Below are positions 18,783 through 29,962 of a stretch of 64,000 nucleotides of DNA, piece after piece. How positions within the stretch are numbered: position 1 is the stretch's first letter; every line of letters begins with the position of its first letter. Made by a program: the position numbers and the translations under genes. Origin of the DNA: Acidobacteriota bacterium (GTDB lineage: Bacteria; Acidobacteriota; Thermoanaerobaculia; Gp7-AA8); NCBI GenBank assembly GCA_019244185.1, contig JAFATB010000006.1:352001-416000 (forward strand), in the 5' to 3' direction. The notes below the pieces were generated by a model, which saw only the letters and a program-made list of their open reading frames with translations, did no database searches and was not told the DNA's origin.

Positions 18783-19183
18783 ATCCACCAAAACTCGATC
18801 ACATCGGCATCGCCGTCCGCTCGCTCGACGCCGCGCGCGTCTACGAGGCCCTCGGCATGCGCATCGACCACGTCGAAACCGTCGCGTCGCAGGGCGTGAA
18901 GACGGCGTTCCTCTCCGCCGGCGACGCGAACCTCGAATTGCTCGAGCCGACCGGCCCCGATTCCACCGTCGCGAAGTTCATCGAGAAGCGCGGCGAAGGC
19001 ATCCATCACATCTGCCTGCGCGTCGACGACATCGAGGCGCATCTCGCGAAGCTGAAGGCGGAAGGCTTCCGCCTCATCAACGAGGCGCCGGTGCCGGGCG
19101 CGCACGGCTGCCGCGTCGCGTTCCTGCATCCCGCCGCGGGCAACGGCGTGCTCATCGAGCTGTCGGAGAAGCGCGAAGAATGA
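18779..19183 (+). CDS. mce: Methylmalonyl-CoA epimerase
   Basis: LDHIGIAV, ELLEP, KFIEKRGEGIHHICL, AFLHP..GVLIEL. TTG start overlaps the queE stop. Confidence 0.9.
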   Translation: MNPPKLDHIGIAVRSLDAARVYEALGMRIDHVETVASQGVKTAFLSAGDANLELLEPTGPDSTVAKFIEKRGEGIHHICLRVDDIEAHLAKLKAEGFRLINEAPVPGAHGCRVAFLHPAAGNGVLIELSEKREE

Positions 19184-19506
19184 TTGAAGGCTTCGAGCCG
19201 TCGTCGCTCGTCATCGTGAACCTCGTCAATCCGAAGGAGAAATTCTTCGGCGTGCTGCGCTCGCTCTCCGCGGCCGGCATCACGATGCGCGCGATCAATC
19301 TCGATTCGTTCGACGACTGGATCCGGCAGATCTCGCGCGGCGAAGAATCCGACATCGAGATGGTGACGATGTTCGTGCCGCTGTTCCGCGTCGAGCGCAT
19401 CTTCCTCGACGAGCCGATCGGCGCGATCCGTTCGTACGCGCAGCGCTTCGCCGACGTCGTCGGCACGGACGTCGCCGCATACCTCGGATTGCCCGCAAAC
19501 ATCTGA
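19180..19506 (+). CDS. Hypothetical protein (108 aa)
   Basis: MIEGFEPSSLVIVNLVNPKEKFFG..FVPLFRVERIFLDE; ATGA coupling to mce; typical codon usage. Confidence 0.75.
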   Translation: MIEGFEPSSLVIVNLVNPKEKFFGVLRSLSAAGITMRAINLDSFDDWIRQISRGEESDIEMVTMFVPLFRVERIFLDEPIGAIRSYAQRFADVVGTDVAAYLGLPANI

Positions 19507-19559
19507 GCGCGTCCCTCCGTATAGAATTCGCCGCGAAAACCGCTGCTCTGGAGGCAACG

Positions 19560-20105
19560 TTGTCGAAAACCACCCGTCTGCTGCTGCTGTCCGCGCTCCT
19601 CGTCGTCGCCGCGATTCTCGCGGGATGCAAAGGCCAGGAGGAGTACGCCGAGCCCGAGGCGTTCAGCTTCGTCGTCTATCCCGGCGCGCGGTACCTGGGG
19701 CAGCTTACCGAGATCACCAAACAAGCGCACCGGACGCTCAATCCGGGGCAGGAACCGCCGCCGATCGCGATCTACGACGCCGACGTGCCGGTCGAGAAGG
19801 TCGCGGAGTTCTACGCGAAAGAGTATGGATACGCGCAGGTCGCGCCGGACGCGACGAACAACCTCAGCGCGGCGAAGCCCGAGGCGTACTACCGCGCGGG
19901 CGATCTCGCCACCGATGCGCGCGCGATCCAACCGCTGATGGAGCGGATGAACGTGCACGCCGACATCAGCAAGGCGACCGGCAGCTACAAAGCGGCCGAG
20001 ATCGCGCCGCGTCCGAACCGTCCGCGCGTCACCGTGCAGCGGCCGTACTTCGACGTCACGAGCTCGCAGGTCGTCGACCGCACGCTCATTCTGATGTCGC
20101 GTTAA
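19560..20105 (+). CDS. Lipoprotein, unknown function
   Basis: Lipobox LAGC; GGAGG RBS. Confidence 0.75.
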   Translation: MSKTTRLLLLSALLVVAAILAGCKGQEEYAEPEAFSFVVYPGARYLGQLTEITKQAHRTLNPGQEPPPIAIYDADVPVEKVAEFYAKEYGYAQVAPDATNNLSAAKPEAYYRAGDLATDARAIQPLMERMNVHADISKATGSYKAAEIAPRPNRPRVTVQRPYFDVTSSQVVDRTLILMSR

Positions 20106-20113
20106 CCACGCCG

Positions 20114-20866
20114 ATGCCGCGCGAGGCGCTGATCGTCGGACTCGGTCTGATCGGCGGCTCCGCCGGCATCGCGTTGCGCGCGCGCGACTGGCGCGTGCGG
20201 TACGTCGATCCGAACGTCGCGCTCGAAGACGCGCTCGCGAAACAAGCCGCGCACGAGCGCGTCGACGCGATCGACGATGCGTCCGACGTCATCGTCTTCG
20301 CGACACCGATCGACGCCGCGGTGCGCGAGCTCGCGACGCTGCGCGCGCGCTGCATCGTGACGTCGACGTGCAGCGCGATGCGCGCGTTGCGCGCGTTGGC
20401 GCGGACGCCGTTCGTCGCCGGACATCCGATGGCCGGCTCGCACGAGCAGGGACTCGCGGCCGCGCACGGTAATCTCTTTCGAGAGAAGCGCTGGTTCGTC
20501 GACGGCGACAATGCGATCGTCGACGAACTGATTCGCGACTGCGGCGCGACGCGCGACAAGGTCGACGCGGAGACCCACGACGCGGCCGTCGCGCTGACCA
20601 GCCATCTGCCGCAGGTGCTCTCGACGGCGCTCGCCGCGTATCTGCAAGGACAGTCGATCGATCCACGTTTCGTCGGCAGCGGGCTGCGCGACTTTCTGCG
20701 GCTCGCCGGAAGTCCCGCGTCGATGTGGGCGCCGCTGCTCGCGGCAAACGGCGACAACATCGCGCCGCACGCGGAAGGCGTCGCGCGCATCGTGCGGTCG
20801 ATGCTCGAGAGCGGCGACGCCATGCGCACGTTCGAGGACGCGCGGGCGTTCTGGCGGACGCTGTGA
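20114..20866 (+). CDS. tyrA: Prephenate/arogenate dehydrogenase
   Basis: IVGLGLIGGS, FVAGHPMAGS, HDAAVALTSHLPQ, GSGLRDFLRLA. Confidence 0.9.
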   Translation: MPREALIVGLGLIGGSAGIALRARDWRVRYVDPNVALEDALAKQAAHERVDAIDDASDVIVFATPIDAAVRELATLRARCIVTSTCSAMRALRALARTPFVAGHPMAGSHEQGLAAAHGNLFREKRWFVDGDNAIVDELIRDCGATRDKVDAETHDAAVALTSHLPQVLSTALAAYLQGQSIDPRFVGSGLRDFLRLAGSPASMWAPLLAANGDNIAPHAEGVARIVRSMLESGDAMRTFEDARAFWRTL

Positions 20867-23295
20867 ACGTCACCTGGCTTTACGTCGCGTGCGTCTACGC
20901 GGCGGCGGTGGCGCTCATGCGCCGCGCGCGGGTCGCGTTTCCGTGGTGGACGGCGGGGCTCTTCTACGCGCTCGTGCTCGCGTATTTCTGGAAGTCGATG
21001 ACCGGCCCGTACGTGAACGTCGCCGCCGACATCCTGCAGTTCATCCCGCCGTGGTCGGCATCCGCGCCGTCGACGCTGACGAAAGTCACGGCGTCGAACT
21101 ACGAGCTGCAGGACGTGCTCTTCCAGATCGCGCCGTGGTTCGCGCAGGTGCGCGCGTCGTGGCTCGCGGGCCACGTGCCGCTCTGGAACGACCTCACCGG
21201 CTGCGGCTATCCGCTCGCGGCGAACATGCAATCCGAGGCGTTCGCGCCGCTGCGGATCCTCGCGCTGCCGCTCGCGCTGGGACATGCGATCGCGGCGGAA
21301 GCGGCCATGAAAGTGCTCGTCGCGCTGACGGGCGCGTTTCTGTTCTGCAGGCGCAAATGGGACGTGGTGCCGAGTCTCGCGGGCGCGATCGCGTTCGGCT
21401 TCGGCACCGCGGTCATCACGTGGGTGCACTTTTCTGCATCTTCCGTGTGCATTTTGCTGCCGCTCGTGCTGCTGCAGCTCGATCTGCTGGCGGAATCGTG
21501 CACCTTCGGACGCTTCGCGTTCGCCACGGCGCTGGGACCTGCGGCATTCTTCGGTGGACATCCGGAGACGGCGGCGCATCTGGTCTTCTTCGGCGCGCTG
21601 TACGCGCTCTGGCTGCGGCGCGACTGGCGCTGGCTGCGGACGCTGGCTTGTCTCGCTGTCGTCGCGATGCTGCTCGCCGCGCCGCTGCTCGCGCCGTTCC
21701 TCGAGTCGATGCACAAGACCGCGCGCTACCAGCAGCTGGAAGTGCGCGCGCACGGCGGCGCGACCGCGTACTCCGATCTGCCGACGATCACGCCGATGAT
21801 CCAGCCGCGCTTCTTCGGCACGCGTCCCGAGCCGCTGCGCGGCCCCGCGATCAGCGAGACCGTCGACGGCTTCGCCGGCCTCCTCGGCATCGGCGCGTGG
21901 TTCGGACTCGTCGCACGGATGCTGCTGCGGCGGCGGTTTCGGGATACCGAGGCGTTTCTCGTGTTCGGGATGCTCTTCGTGATGCTCGTGCTCGCGGACG
22001 TCGATCCGGTGGCCGCGCCGTTTCGCGCGTTGTTCGCGCTCGCATTGAACTTCCGCATGCGGCTCGTCTGCGCGTTTCTCGCGGCGGCGGCCACGGCCGC
22101 GCTCCTCGACAGCGTGAAACGCGAGTCGCTCGTGCCGTTGTGGATCGCGGTCGCAGGCGCAATCGGCGTGCTCGCGTTCATCACGCTGCGCAACGATCCG
22201 CAGCTGCGTGCGCTCGCGTTGCCGGTGATGATTCCGAGCGCGGCGACGCTGCTCGCGGCGCTGCTCTTCGCGCGACGCGCGCCGGCCATCGTCGTGGCGG
22301 TGCTGTTCGTCGAATTGTGGGCCAATGCCCACTACTGGAATCCCGCGCGTCCGCTGGGCGAGTTCTATCCGCGTACGCCGCTCATCGACGCACTGCTGCA
22401 GTTGCGCGGTACTTCGCACGACCGCATCGCCGGCATCGGCGCCGCACTCTTTCCGAACACGAACGCCGTCTTCGGCCTCGCGGACGTCCGCGTGCACGAT
22501 CCGATGAGCAACGGCCGCTACCTCGGGCTGCTCGCGAACACGACCAGCTACAACGCGCGCGACTACTACGCGAAATGGCAGGACGCGGAGACGCCGCTGC
22601 TCGACTATCTCAACGTGCGCTGGCTCGTGACGGAACCGGGCGTCGCGCTCGCGGACCGGCGGCTGCTGTACGACGGCGCGGATGGCCGCATTTACGAGAA
22701 CCTCCGTGCGCTGCCGCGCTTCTTCGCGCCGCGGAACGTGCTCCTCGTCGGCGATCTCGAGGAGCGGTTGCAGTCGCACAACGATTGGGCGAATACGGCG
22801 CTCGTGCGCATTCTCCCGAATGACGCAACGATCGGCCGCGATCTCCTCTCGCCGCGTCCCGCAAACGCGCCGGAAGCACGCGTCGATGTGAGGCAGACGC
22901 GCGACGACGCGTACGAGTTGCACGTCGACGCGCCGCGTTACACGCTGATCGTCAGCAGCGTCTCGTTCTGGCCCGGCTGGCGCGTGACGCACAACGGCCA
23001 CGCACTGCGCGCGCTGCAGGTGAACGGCGTCTTCCTCGGATTCGTGATCCCGCCCGGACGCGGTGTCGTGAAGGTGGCGTATGTGCCGTGGAGTTTTTGG
23101 GGAGGGGTGGTGGCGGCGGGATTGACGGTGATCGCACTTATGATCTGCCGCGCGTGTTCAACCCGACCTGGCTCTACACCGGCGCCGTCTACGCGCTCTT
23201 CGTGTTTCTCGCGCGGCGCCGCGGGGTCGAGATCCCCGTCCGTATCGCGGCCTATTTTTACGCGCTCGTCTTCGTCTTCCTCTACCTCCCGCTGA
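20863..23295 (+). CDS. YfhO-like GT-C membrane glycosyltransferase, paralog 1
   Basis: Many TM helices; PLWN..GCGYPLAAN, GGHPET, VHDPM, IYEN..ALPRFF, WPGW, VNGVFLG. GTGA overlap with tyrA. Confidence 0.8.
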   Translation: MNVTWLYVACVYAAAVALMRRARVAFPWWTAGLFYALVLAYFWKSMTGPYVNVAADILQFIPPWSASAPSTLTKVTASNYELQDVLFQIAPWFAQVRASWLAGHVPLWNDLTGCGYPLAANMQSEAFAPLRILALPLALGHAIAAEAAMKVLVALTGAFLFCRRKWDVVPSLAGAIAFGFGTAVITWVHFSASSVCILLPLVLLQLDLLAESCTFGRFAFATALGPAAFFGGHPETAAHLVFFGALYALWLRRDWRWLRTLACLAVVAMLLAAPLLAPFLESMHKTARYQQLEVRAHGGATAYSDLPTITPMIQPRFFGTRPEPLRGPAISETVDGFAGLLGIGAWFGLVARMLLRRRFRDTEAFLVFGMLFVMLVLADVDPVAAPFRALFALALNFRMRLVCAFLAAAATAALLDSVKRESLVPLWIAVAGAIGVLAFITLRNDPQLRALALPVMIPSAATLLAALLFARRAPAIVVAVLFVELWANAHYWNPARPLGEFYPRTPLIDALLQLRGTSHDRIAGIGAALFPNTNAVFGLADVRVHDPMSNGRYLGLLANTTSYNARDYYAKWQDAETPLLDYLNVRWLVTEPGVALADRRLLYDGADGRIYENLRALPRFFAPRNVLLVGDLEERLQSHNDWANTALVRILPNDATIGRDLLSPRPANAPEARVDVRQTRDDAYELHVDAPRYTLIVSSVSFWPGWRVTHNGHALRALQVNGVFLGFVIPPGRGVVKVAYVPWSFWGGVVAAGLTVIALMICRACSTRPGSTPAPSTRSSCFSRGAAGSRSPSVSRPIFTRSSSSSSTSR

Positions 23296-25514
23296 CGCAG
23301 GACTACGTCAACATCCCCATCGACTTCATCAAGTCGCTGCCGCCGTGGTCGTATCTCACGCGCGACCACAGCTCGCTCAATCCGCAGATGAACGACATCG
23401 TCCTGCAGATCGTGCCGTGGGCGCATCAGGTGCGCGAGGCGTGGCGCTCGCTGCATCCGCCGCTGTGGAACGACATGGCCGCGTGCGGCTATCCATTGCT
23501 GGGCAGCGGACAAAGCTCCGCGCTCTCACCGCTGCGATTGCTCGGACTCCCGCTCTCGCTCGCGCACGCGATCACGTTCGAAGCCGCGGCGAAGATCCTC
23601 GTCGCGCTGACGTTCACCTTTCTCTGGTGCCGCAAGCGCGGCTACTCGGAGCTCGCCAGCGCCGCGGGCGCGACGGCGTTCGGCTTCTCCGCGTTCATCA
23701 TCGTCTGGCTGCACTTCCCGCTCATCACCACCGCGTGCTTCGTGCCGGCGGTGTTCTATCTGATCGATCTCCTCGTCGAGCGTCCGACGCGCGCGCGCTT
23801 TTCCGCGGCGGCGGTCGTGTGGGCGGTGATGCTCTTCGGCGGACATCCGGAGACCGCGTCGCACACCTTCTTCGTGGCGCTGCTGTACGTCCTCTGGATC
23901 GTCTTCGTCGAGCGCGCCGCGACGTGGCGCCTCTTCCTCGTCCTCGGCGGCGCGCTGGCCGTGGCAGCATTGCTCGCCGCGCCGTTCCTCGCACCGTTCG
24001 CGGAGGCGCTCACGAAATCGAAGCGCTATCAGGAGCTGAAGGCGCATCCGATCGGCTACGAGGTGCCGTACTCCGACTGGCCGTCCGCGATCGTGCTCCT
24101 GCAGCCGCACTTTTTCGGCGAAGTGCCGCGCGAACATCCGTGGGGTCCCGAGCACGCCGAGTCGATCACCGCCTTCGCCGGCTACCTCGGCGTCGCGGCG
24201 TGGTTCGCGCTGCTGACGCACGTCATCCGCACGCGGCGCTTCCGTTCGCGCGAAGCCTTCTTCGTCGTGGCGACGTTGATCGTTCTCGGCGTCATCCTCT
24301 CCTGGCCCGGCATCAGCCAGCTCTTCCACTTCGTCTTCCATCTCGCCGCGAACGCGCGCCTGCGTCTCTTCCTCGCGCTGCTGCTCGCGGTGCAGACCGC
24401 CGCCGCCATCGATCTCGCGGAACGCGACCGCGTCTCACTGCTCGCCGGCATCCTCTGCGCGAGCGCGCTGCTGCTGGATCTATTGATATCCACGCAATTT
24501 CCGCATGTGGCGCTGCGCGACAGCGCGATTCTGGCCATGCTGCCGAGCGTTCTCGTGCTGGCGCTGGCGACGCTCGTGGCGATGTCGAAGAACCGCACGC
24601 GCGACGTCGCGCTGCTGTTGCTCGTCGCTGCCATGCTCGCGGAGCTGTGGAAAGTCGGCCGCGACTGGAACCCCGTCGTCGCGGAGAAATGGATGTATCC
24701 GCGGACGCCGATCCTGCAAAAGCTCGACGCGCTGATGAAGAGCGATCCCTCGCCGTACCGCATGGTCGCGAACGGCCCCGCGTTCTTCCCGAACCTCGCC
24801 GCGGTCTACGGTTTCGAAGACGTCCGCGCGCACGACCCGATGGTCAACGGCCGCTACATCGGCCTGCTGCGCACCATCCTCCATTACGACTCCGAGAACT
24901 ACTTCGCGCCGTGGCCGGAGTACGAGAAGCGCTTCATCGACTACCTCAACGTCCGCTACGTGCTCACCACGTGGCGCGCCACGCTCCCCGAGCGCTACCA
25001 CATGCTCTACGACGATCGCGACGGCCGCATCTTCGAGAACGTCGACGCGCTGCCGCGCTTCTTTCCCGTGCGCAACGTGCTGATGGAGTTCCGCGACGAC
25101 TACTTCTACGACAAGCTGCGGACGATGGAGGACTGGGCGGTGACGGCGGTGCTCGACAAGCTCGACGTCGAGAACGAGCAGATGCGCCACGACTTCTTCA
25201 CGCCGAGGGCGGCGGATGCGCCGATGGCGACGGCGCGCGTGGTGAAGGAGAGCGCGACCGAATACAAAATCCACGTCAACGCGCCGCGATACACGCTCAT
25301 CGTCAGCAGCGTCCCGTGGTGGCCGGGGTGGAAGATCGAGCGCAACGGCGCACGCGCGGAGCCGGTGCGCGTCAACGGCGCGTTCCTCGGATTCGTCGCG
25401 CCGCCGGGCGAGCTCGACGTGCGCGTCTGGTATGACCCCTGGACCTTCCGCGCCGGCTGGCTCATCGCGCTCGCGACCGTCGCCGCGCTGATTCTCGTTC
25501 CGCGACGCGCATGA
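23154..25514 (+). CDS. YfhO-like GT-C membrane glycosyltransferase, paralog 2
   Basis: Same motif set (PLWN, GYPL, GGHPET, AHDPM, FEN..ALPRFF, WWPGW, VNGAFLG). GTG start inferred from the paralog N-termini (NxTWLY). Confidence 0.8.
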   Translation: MFNPTWLYTGAVYALFVFLARRRGVEIPVRIAAYFYALVFVFLYLPLTQDYVNIPIDFIKSLPPWSYLTRDHSSLNPQMNDIVLQIVPWAHQVREAWRSLHPPLWNDMAACGYPLLGSGQSSALSPLRLLGLPLSLAHAITFEAAAKILVALTFTFLWCRKRGYSELASAAGATAFGFSAFIIVWLHFPLITTACFVPAVFYLIDLLVERPTRARFSAAAVVWAVMLFGGHPETASHTFFVALLYVLWIVFVERAATWRLFLVLGGALAVAALLAAPFLAPFAEALTKSKRYQELKAHPIGYEVPYSDWPSAIVLLQPHFFGEVPREHPWGPEHAESITAFAGYLGVAAWFALLTHVIRTRRFRSREAFFVVATLIVLGVILSWPGISQLFHFVFHLAANARLRLFLALLLAVQTAAAIDLAERDRVSLLAGILCASALLLDLLISTQFPHVALRDSAILAMLPSVLVLALATLVAMSKNRTRDVALLLLVAAMLAELWKVGRDWNPVVAEKWMYPRTPILQKLDALMKSDPSPYRMVANGPAFFPNLAAVYGFEDVRAHDPMVNGRYIGLLRTILHYDSENYFAPWPEYEKRFIDYLNVRYVLTTWRATLPERYHMLYDDRDGRIFENVDALPRFFPVRNVLMEFRDDYFYDKLRTMEDWAVTAVLDKLDVENEQMRHDFFTPRAADAPMATARVVKESATEYKIHVNAPRYTLIVSSVPWWPGWKIERNGARAEPVRVNGAFLGFVAPPGELDVRVWYDPWTFRAGWLIALATVAALILVPRRA

Positions 25515-27892
25515 ATCTCACCTGGCTTTACGTCGGCATCGTCTACGCGCTCGCGGTCGCGGGCGCGCGGCGGCTCGGCGCGGACCTGCCGAAGCGCGTC
25601 GCGTTCGCGTTCTACGCGCTCGTGGTCGTGCTCTTCTGGCTGCCGCTGACGCAGGACTACGTGACGACGCACGACGACGTGCTGAAGGTGCTCCCGCCGT
25701 GGGCGATGATGACCCGCGACTACCACGTCATCAACGGCGAGATGAACGACGTCCCGCTGCAGATGGTGCCGTGGGCGCACGCGGTGCGCGAGGCGTGGCG
25801 CGCCGGACACGTGCCGCTCTGGAACGCCACCGCCGGCAGCGGCTATCCGCTCCTCGCGAACGGCCAGAGCGGCGCGCTCTCGCCCTTCCGCCTCCTTGCG
25901 CTCCCGCTCTCCCTCGGCCACGCGATGACCGCGGAAGGCGCGCTGAAAGTGCTCCTCGCGCTGACGTACGCGTTCCTGCTCGCGCGGCGGCGATATTCGC
26001 GGATCGCCAGCGCGATCGCCGCGGCGACGTTCGGCTTCTGCGGCTGGCTCGCGGTGTGGCTGCACTTCCCGCACTCGTCGACCGGCTGCTGGCTGCCGGC
26101 GCTGCTCTTCCACGCGGAGCTGCTGATCGAACGCCGCACGCCGCTGCGCTTCGCCGGTGCGAGCCTCGTGTGGGCACTCGCGCTGTTCGGCGGACATCCG
26201 GAGACCGCCGCCCACGCCGGCTTCATCGCGCTGCTGTATGTCGCGTGGCTGCTCTTCGTCGAACGCGTCGCGAGCTGGCGCGTGCTGCTGCCGCTCGGCG
26301 GCGCGCTCTGCGTGGCGGCGCTCCTCGCCGCGCCGCTGCTGCTGCCGATGGCCGAGGCGATTCCGCGGTCGCAGAGATATCACCTGTTGAAAGAGCGGCC
26401 GTGGAAGCACGAGCTGCCGTTCGCGGACCTGCAGTCGGCGATCGTGATGGTCGCGCCGCGCTTCTTCGGCGACGTGCCGTACGAGCGGCCGTGGGGCCCC
26501 GCGGCGGCAGAACCGGTGAGCGGCGCCGCGGGCGTCTTCCGCTTCGCCGCGTTCGTCGCGGTGCTGATCGCGGTCATTCGCAAACGCGCGTGGCGCTCGC
26601 GCGAGGCGTTCTATCTCGTCGTGTCGGTGTTCCTCTTCGGCATCCTGATGTCGTGGCCCGGACTGCGGCAGCTGATCCACGCGATCTTTCCGATTGCGGC
26701 GAACGCGCGCCTCCGTTTGCCGCTCGCGCTCTTCCTCGCGCTGCTCTCGGGCGCCGCGATCGACGAGGCGCGAGAAACGCGCGTGCCGCTCCTCGCCGGC
26801 ATCGCCACGGTCGGCGCGCTGCTCCTCGCGCTGCTGCGCCTCACGCAGTTCCCGAGCGACTTCGCGCGCGACAGCGCGCAACTCGCGCTGCTGCCGAGCG
26901 TCCTCGTGCTCGCCGTCGCCACAGTCGCCGCGATCACCCGCAACGACGCGCGCCGCACGCTCGCCACCTCCGCGCTTCTCGCCGCGATCGCCTTCGAGCT
27001 CTTCCCTATCGCCGGCTCGTGGAACCCGCCGCAGCCGGCGCGCACGATGCGGCCTGTCACGCCGATCCTCGCGAAGCTGCGTGCGCTCGCGCCGCGCGAA
27101 CCGTTCCGCATCTGCGGCATCGAAGGCACGTTTTTCCCGAACCTGCCCGCGCTCTACGGCTTCGAGGACGTGCGCGCGCACGACCCGATGGCGAACTACC
27201 GCTATCTCGATTTCCTGAAGCTCACCACCGGCTACGACTACACCGCGTACCACGCGCAGTGGATCGAGTTCGACACGCGCGTCTTCGATTACCTCGGCGT
27301 GCGCTTCGTGCTCCAGCCGCGCGACTATCCCGATCCCGCGCGCATGCTCCTCCGCCACGACGGCCGCGACGGAAAGCTCTTCGAGAACCCGAACGCGCTG
27401 CCGCGCTTCTTCGCCGTGCGCAACGTCATCCTCACCTTCGATCGCAACGCCTTCCGCGCGCAGCTCGCCGGCCTGGCCGGCTGGAACGAGACGGCATTGC
27501 TCGATGAGCTGAAGCTCGAGAACGCGCAGATGGGCCGCGACTTCTTCACGCCGCGGCCCGCGAACGCGCCGCTTGCGACGACGCGCCTGCAACGCACGAG
27601 CGACGCCGAGTACGCGCTGCACGTCGACGCGCCGCGCTACACGCTCGTCGCCAGCAGCATTCCGTGGTGGCCTGGCTGGAAGGTGACGCGCGACGGCAAA
27701 CGCGTCGCGCCGATCCGCGTGAACGGCGCGTTCGTCGGCTTTGCGGTGCCATCCGGCGCGCACGACGTCCGAGTGGTCTACGCGCCCGACTCGTTCCGCC
27801 TCGGCGTGTTGCTCGCCGCGCTCGCGCTCAGCGGAATCGCTTATTCAATCGCTCGCGGGCGATCGTATCGACGCGCGCCAGCAGCGGCGTGA
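25511..27892 (+). CDS. YfhO-like GT-C membrane glycosyltransferase, paralog 3
   Basis: MNLTWLY..; [44 protein letters not shown] overlap. Confidence 0.8.
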   Translation: MNLTWLYVGIVYALAVAGARRLGADLPKRVAFAFYALVVVLFWLPLTQDYVTTHDDVLKVLPPWAMMTRDYHVINGEMNDVPLQMVPWAHAVREAWRAGHVPLWNATAGSGYPLLANGQSGALSPFRLLALPLSLGHAMTAEGALKVLLALTYAFLLARRRYSRIASAIAAATFGFCGWLAVWLHFPHSSTGCWLPALLFHAELLIERRTPLRFAGASLVWALALFGGHPETAAHAGFIALLYVAWLLFVERVASWRVLLPLGGALCVAALLAAPLLLPMAEAIPRSQRYHLLKERPWKHELPFADLQSAIVMVAPRFFGDVPYERPWGPAAAEPVSGAAGVFRFAAFVAVLIAVIRKRAWRSREAFYLVVSVFLFGILMSWPGLRQLIHAIFPIAANARLRLPLALFLALLSGAAIDEARETRVPLLAGIATVGALLLALLRLTQFPSDFARDSAQLALLPSVLVLAVATVAAITRNDARRTLATSALLAAIAFELFPIAGSWNPPQPARTMRPVTPILAKLRALAPREPFRICGIEGTFFPNLPALYGFEDVRAHDPMANYRYLDFLKLTTGYDYTAYHAQWIEFDTRVFDYLGVRFVLQPRDYPDPARMLLRHDGRDGKLFENPNALPRFFAVRNVILTFDRNAFRAQLAGLAGWNETALLDELKLENAQMGRDFFTPRPANAPLATTRLQRTSDAEYALHVDAPRYTLVASSIPWWPGWKVTRDGKRVAPIRVNGAFVGFAVPSGAHDVRVVYAPDSFRLGVLLAALALSGIAYSIARGRSYRRAPAAA

Positions 27893-28616
27893 GCGCCTCG
27901 CGCTGCTTCTCGACGAGCTGCGCGATGCCGCGTTTCGCCAGACCGACCATGGCCGCCAGCTCGTCGTCGCTGAACGTCGCGCCTTCGGCGGTGCCCTGCA
28001 GCTCGACGAAGCGGCCTTTGTCCGTGGCCACGATGTTCATGTCGACGCCGGCCTTCGAGTCCTCCGCGTAATTGAGATCGAGCATCGCCGTGCCGCCGAT
28101 CATGCCGACCGACACCGCCGCGATGAAATCGACGACCGGCCAGCTCGCCATCGCGCCGTCGACGTAGAGGCGCCCGAGGGCGGTCACGAGCGCGACGTAC
28201 GCACCGGTGATCGACGCCGTACGCGTGCCGCCGTCGGCCTGGATGACGTCGCAGTCGATCCAGATCGTGCGCTCGCCCATCAGCTCCGCGTTCACCGCCG
28301 CGCGCAGCGAGCGGCCGATGAGACGCTGGATCTCCATCGTGCGCCCGCCCTGCTTCCCCTTCGCGGCCTCGCGCTCGACGCGGTCCGTCGTCGCGCGCGG
28401 CAGCATTCCGTACTCCGCGGTGATCCAGCCTTTGCCGCTGCGGTAGAGAAACGGCGGGACTTTCTCCTGCACGGACGCGGTGCAGATGACCTTCGTGTCG
28501 CCGACCTCGATGAGCACCGAGCCTTCCGCGTGTTTGGTGAAGTTCGTGCGGATCGTGACGGGGCGAAGCTCGTCCGCGGCGCGGCCGTCGTTGCGCGTCT
28601 TGCCGACTTGAGTCAT
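27828..28616 (-). CDS. rph: Ribonuclease PH
   Basis: [54 protein letters not shown]. Confidence 0.97.
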   Translation of the reverse strand: MTQVGKTRNDGRAADELRPVTIRTNFTKHAEGSVLIEVGDTKVICTASVQEKVPPFLYRSGKGWITAEYGMLPRATTDRVEREAAKGKQGGRTMEIQRLIGRSLRAAVNAELMGERTIWIDCDVIQADGGTRTASITGAYVALVTALGRLYVDGAMASWPVVDFIAAVSVGMIGGTAMLDLNYAEDSKAGVDMNIVATDKGRFVELQGTAEGATFSDDELAAMVGLAKRGIAQLVEKQREALTPLLARVDTIARERLNKRFR

Positions 28617-29875
28617 GCGAGCACTTTCTCTTCGATGACCGCGCCCTTCGGCACGACCACGATGCCGGATTCGGTGACCGTGAAACGCTGACGATCGAGC
28701 TCGAGGTCGTAGCCGATGGTCGTGCCGGGCGGGATCTTCACGCCTTTGTCGATGATGGCGCGACGGATCTTCGAGTGGCGCCCGACCTCGACGCTTTCCA
28801 TGAGGATCGACTCGTCGACGTCGGCGTAGGAGTTGATGCGCACGCGCGGATGCAGCACGCAGCGGTTGATCGTGCCGCCGGAGATGATCGTGCCGTCGGA
28901 GACGAGCGAGTCGGTCGCGATGCCGATGCGCTGCGACTTCGAGTCGGCGAAGACGAACTTTGCCGGCGGCTGATGCATCGGCGCGGAGACGATCGGCCAC
29001 ATCGGGTTGTAGAGGTTGAACATCGGCGTCACGGCCACGAGGTCGAGCGCCGCCGCGAAATACGAGTCGATCGTGCCGACGTCGCGCCAGTAGCCGCGGT
29101 TGTGCGGGTCTTCGCCGGGGATGAAGTTCTCGCCGAAGTCGTACGCGTGCACTTTCATGCGCGGATACATCTCCGGGATGATCTCCTTGCCGAAGTCGAC
29201 GCCGGCGTTGCGCAGCGCATTGCGCTGCAGCACGTCGATCATCACGCTCGCCTTGAAGATGTAGTTGCCCATCGACGCGAGGATCATGTCCGGGCGTCCG
29301 GGAATGGTCCGCGCGCCGCTCTTCGGCTTCTCGACGAAACCGGTCACGCGAAAGTCGGAGTCGACTTCGACGACGCCGAAGTGCTCGGCCTCGTCCACCG
29401 GCACCGGGATCGTGGCGATCGTCAGATCGGCGTCGCTGGCGATGTGCTCCTGCAGCATCTGGTTCACATCCATCTTGTAGATGTGATCGCCGCCGAAGAC
29501 GCAGACGTACTCGGGCTCCTCGTCGAAGATCAGCTCGAGGTTCTGGAACACGGCGTCGGCGGTGCCGCGGAACCAGAACGGACCCTTGCGCATCTGCGCG
29601 GGCACGACGTCAACGTATTGACCAATTTCTGGCACCAGCCGCCACGTGCGCGTGATGTGCTCGATGAGCGAGGTCGATTTGAACTGCGTCAGCACCTTCA
29701 GCTTGAAGAAGCCGGAGTTGATGAAGTTGTTGATGACGAAGTCGATGATCCGGTATCGGCCGCCGAACGGCACGGCCGGTTTGGCGCGGTCTCGGGTGAG
29801 CGGATAAAGCCGCTCTCCCATCCCGCCGGCGAGGATCATCGTGAGGACGTTGCGGCGCGCGAGCGATGCGTGCAT
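28613..29875 (-). CDS. glgC: Glucose-1-phosphate adenylyltransferase
   Basis: [57 protein letters not shown]-terminal hexapeptide region. Confidence 0.97.
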   Translation of the reverse strand: MHASLARRNVLTMILAGGMGERLYPLTRDRAKPAVPFGGRYRIIDFVINNFINSGFFKLKVLTQFKSTSLIEHITRTWRLVPEIGQYVDVVPAQMRKGPFWFRGTADAVFQNLELIFDEEPEYVCVFGGDHIYKMDVNQMLQEHIASDADLTIATIPVPVDEAEHFGVVEVDSDFRVTGFVEKPKSGARTIPGRPDMILASMGNYIFKASVMIDVLQRNALRNAGVDFGKEIIPEMYPRMKVHAYDFGENFIPGEDPHNRGYWRDVGTIDSYFAAALDLVAVTPMFNLYNPMWPIVSAPMHQPPAKFVFADSKSQRIGIATDSLVSDGTIISGGTINRCVLHPRVRINSYADVDESILMESVEVGRHSKIRRAIIDKGVKIPPGTTIGYDLELDRQRFTVTESGIVVVPKGAVIEEKVLA

Positions 29876-29962
29876 GAGCTTCTGACCGGCAGCGATTCTT
29901 CCCAGACGGCTGCGGAAAAGCAAATCCCGTGACCGGCCGGCGCACTCTATACTTTCCGCCGC

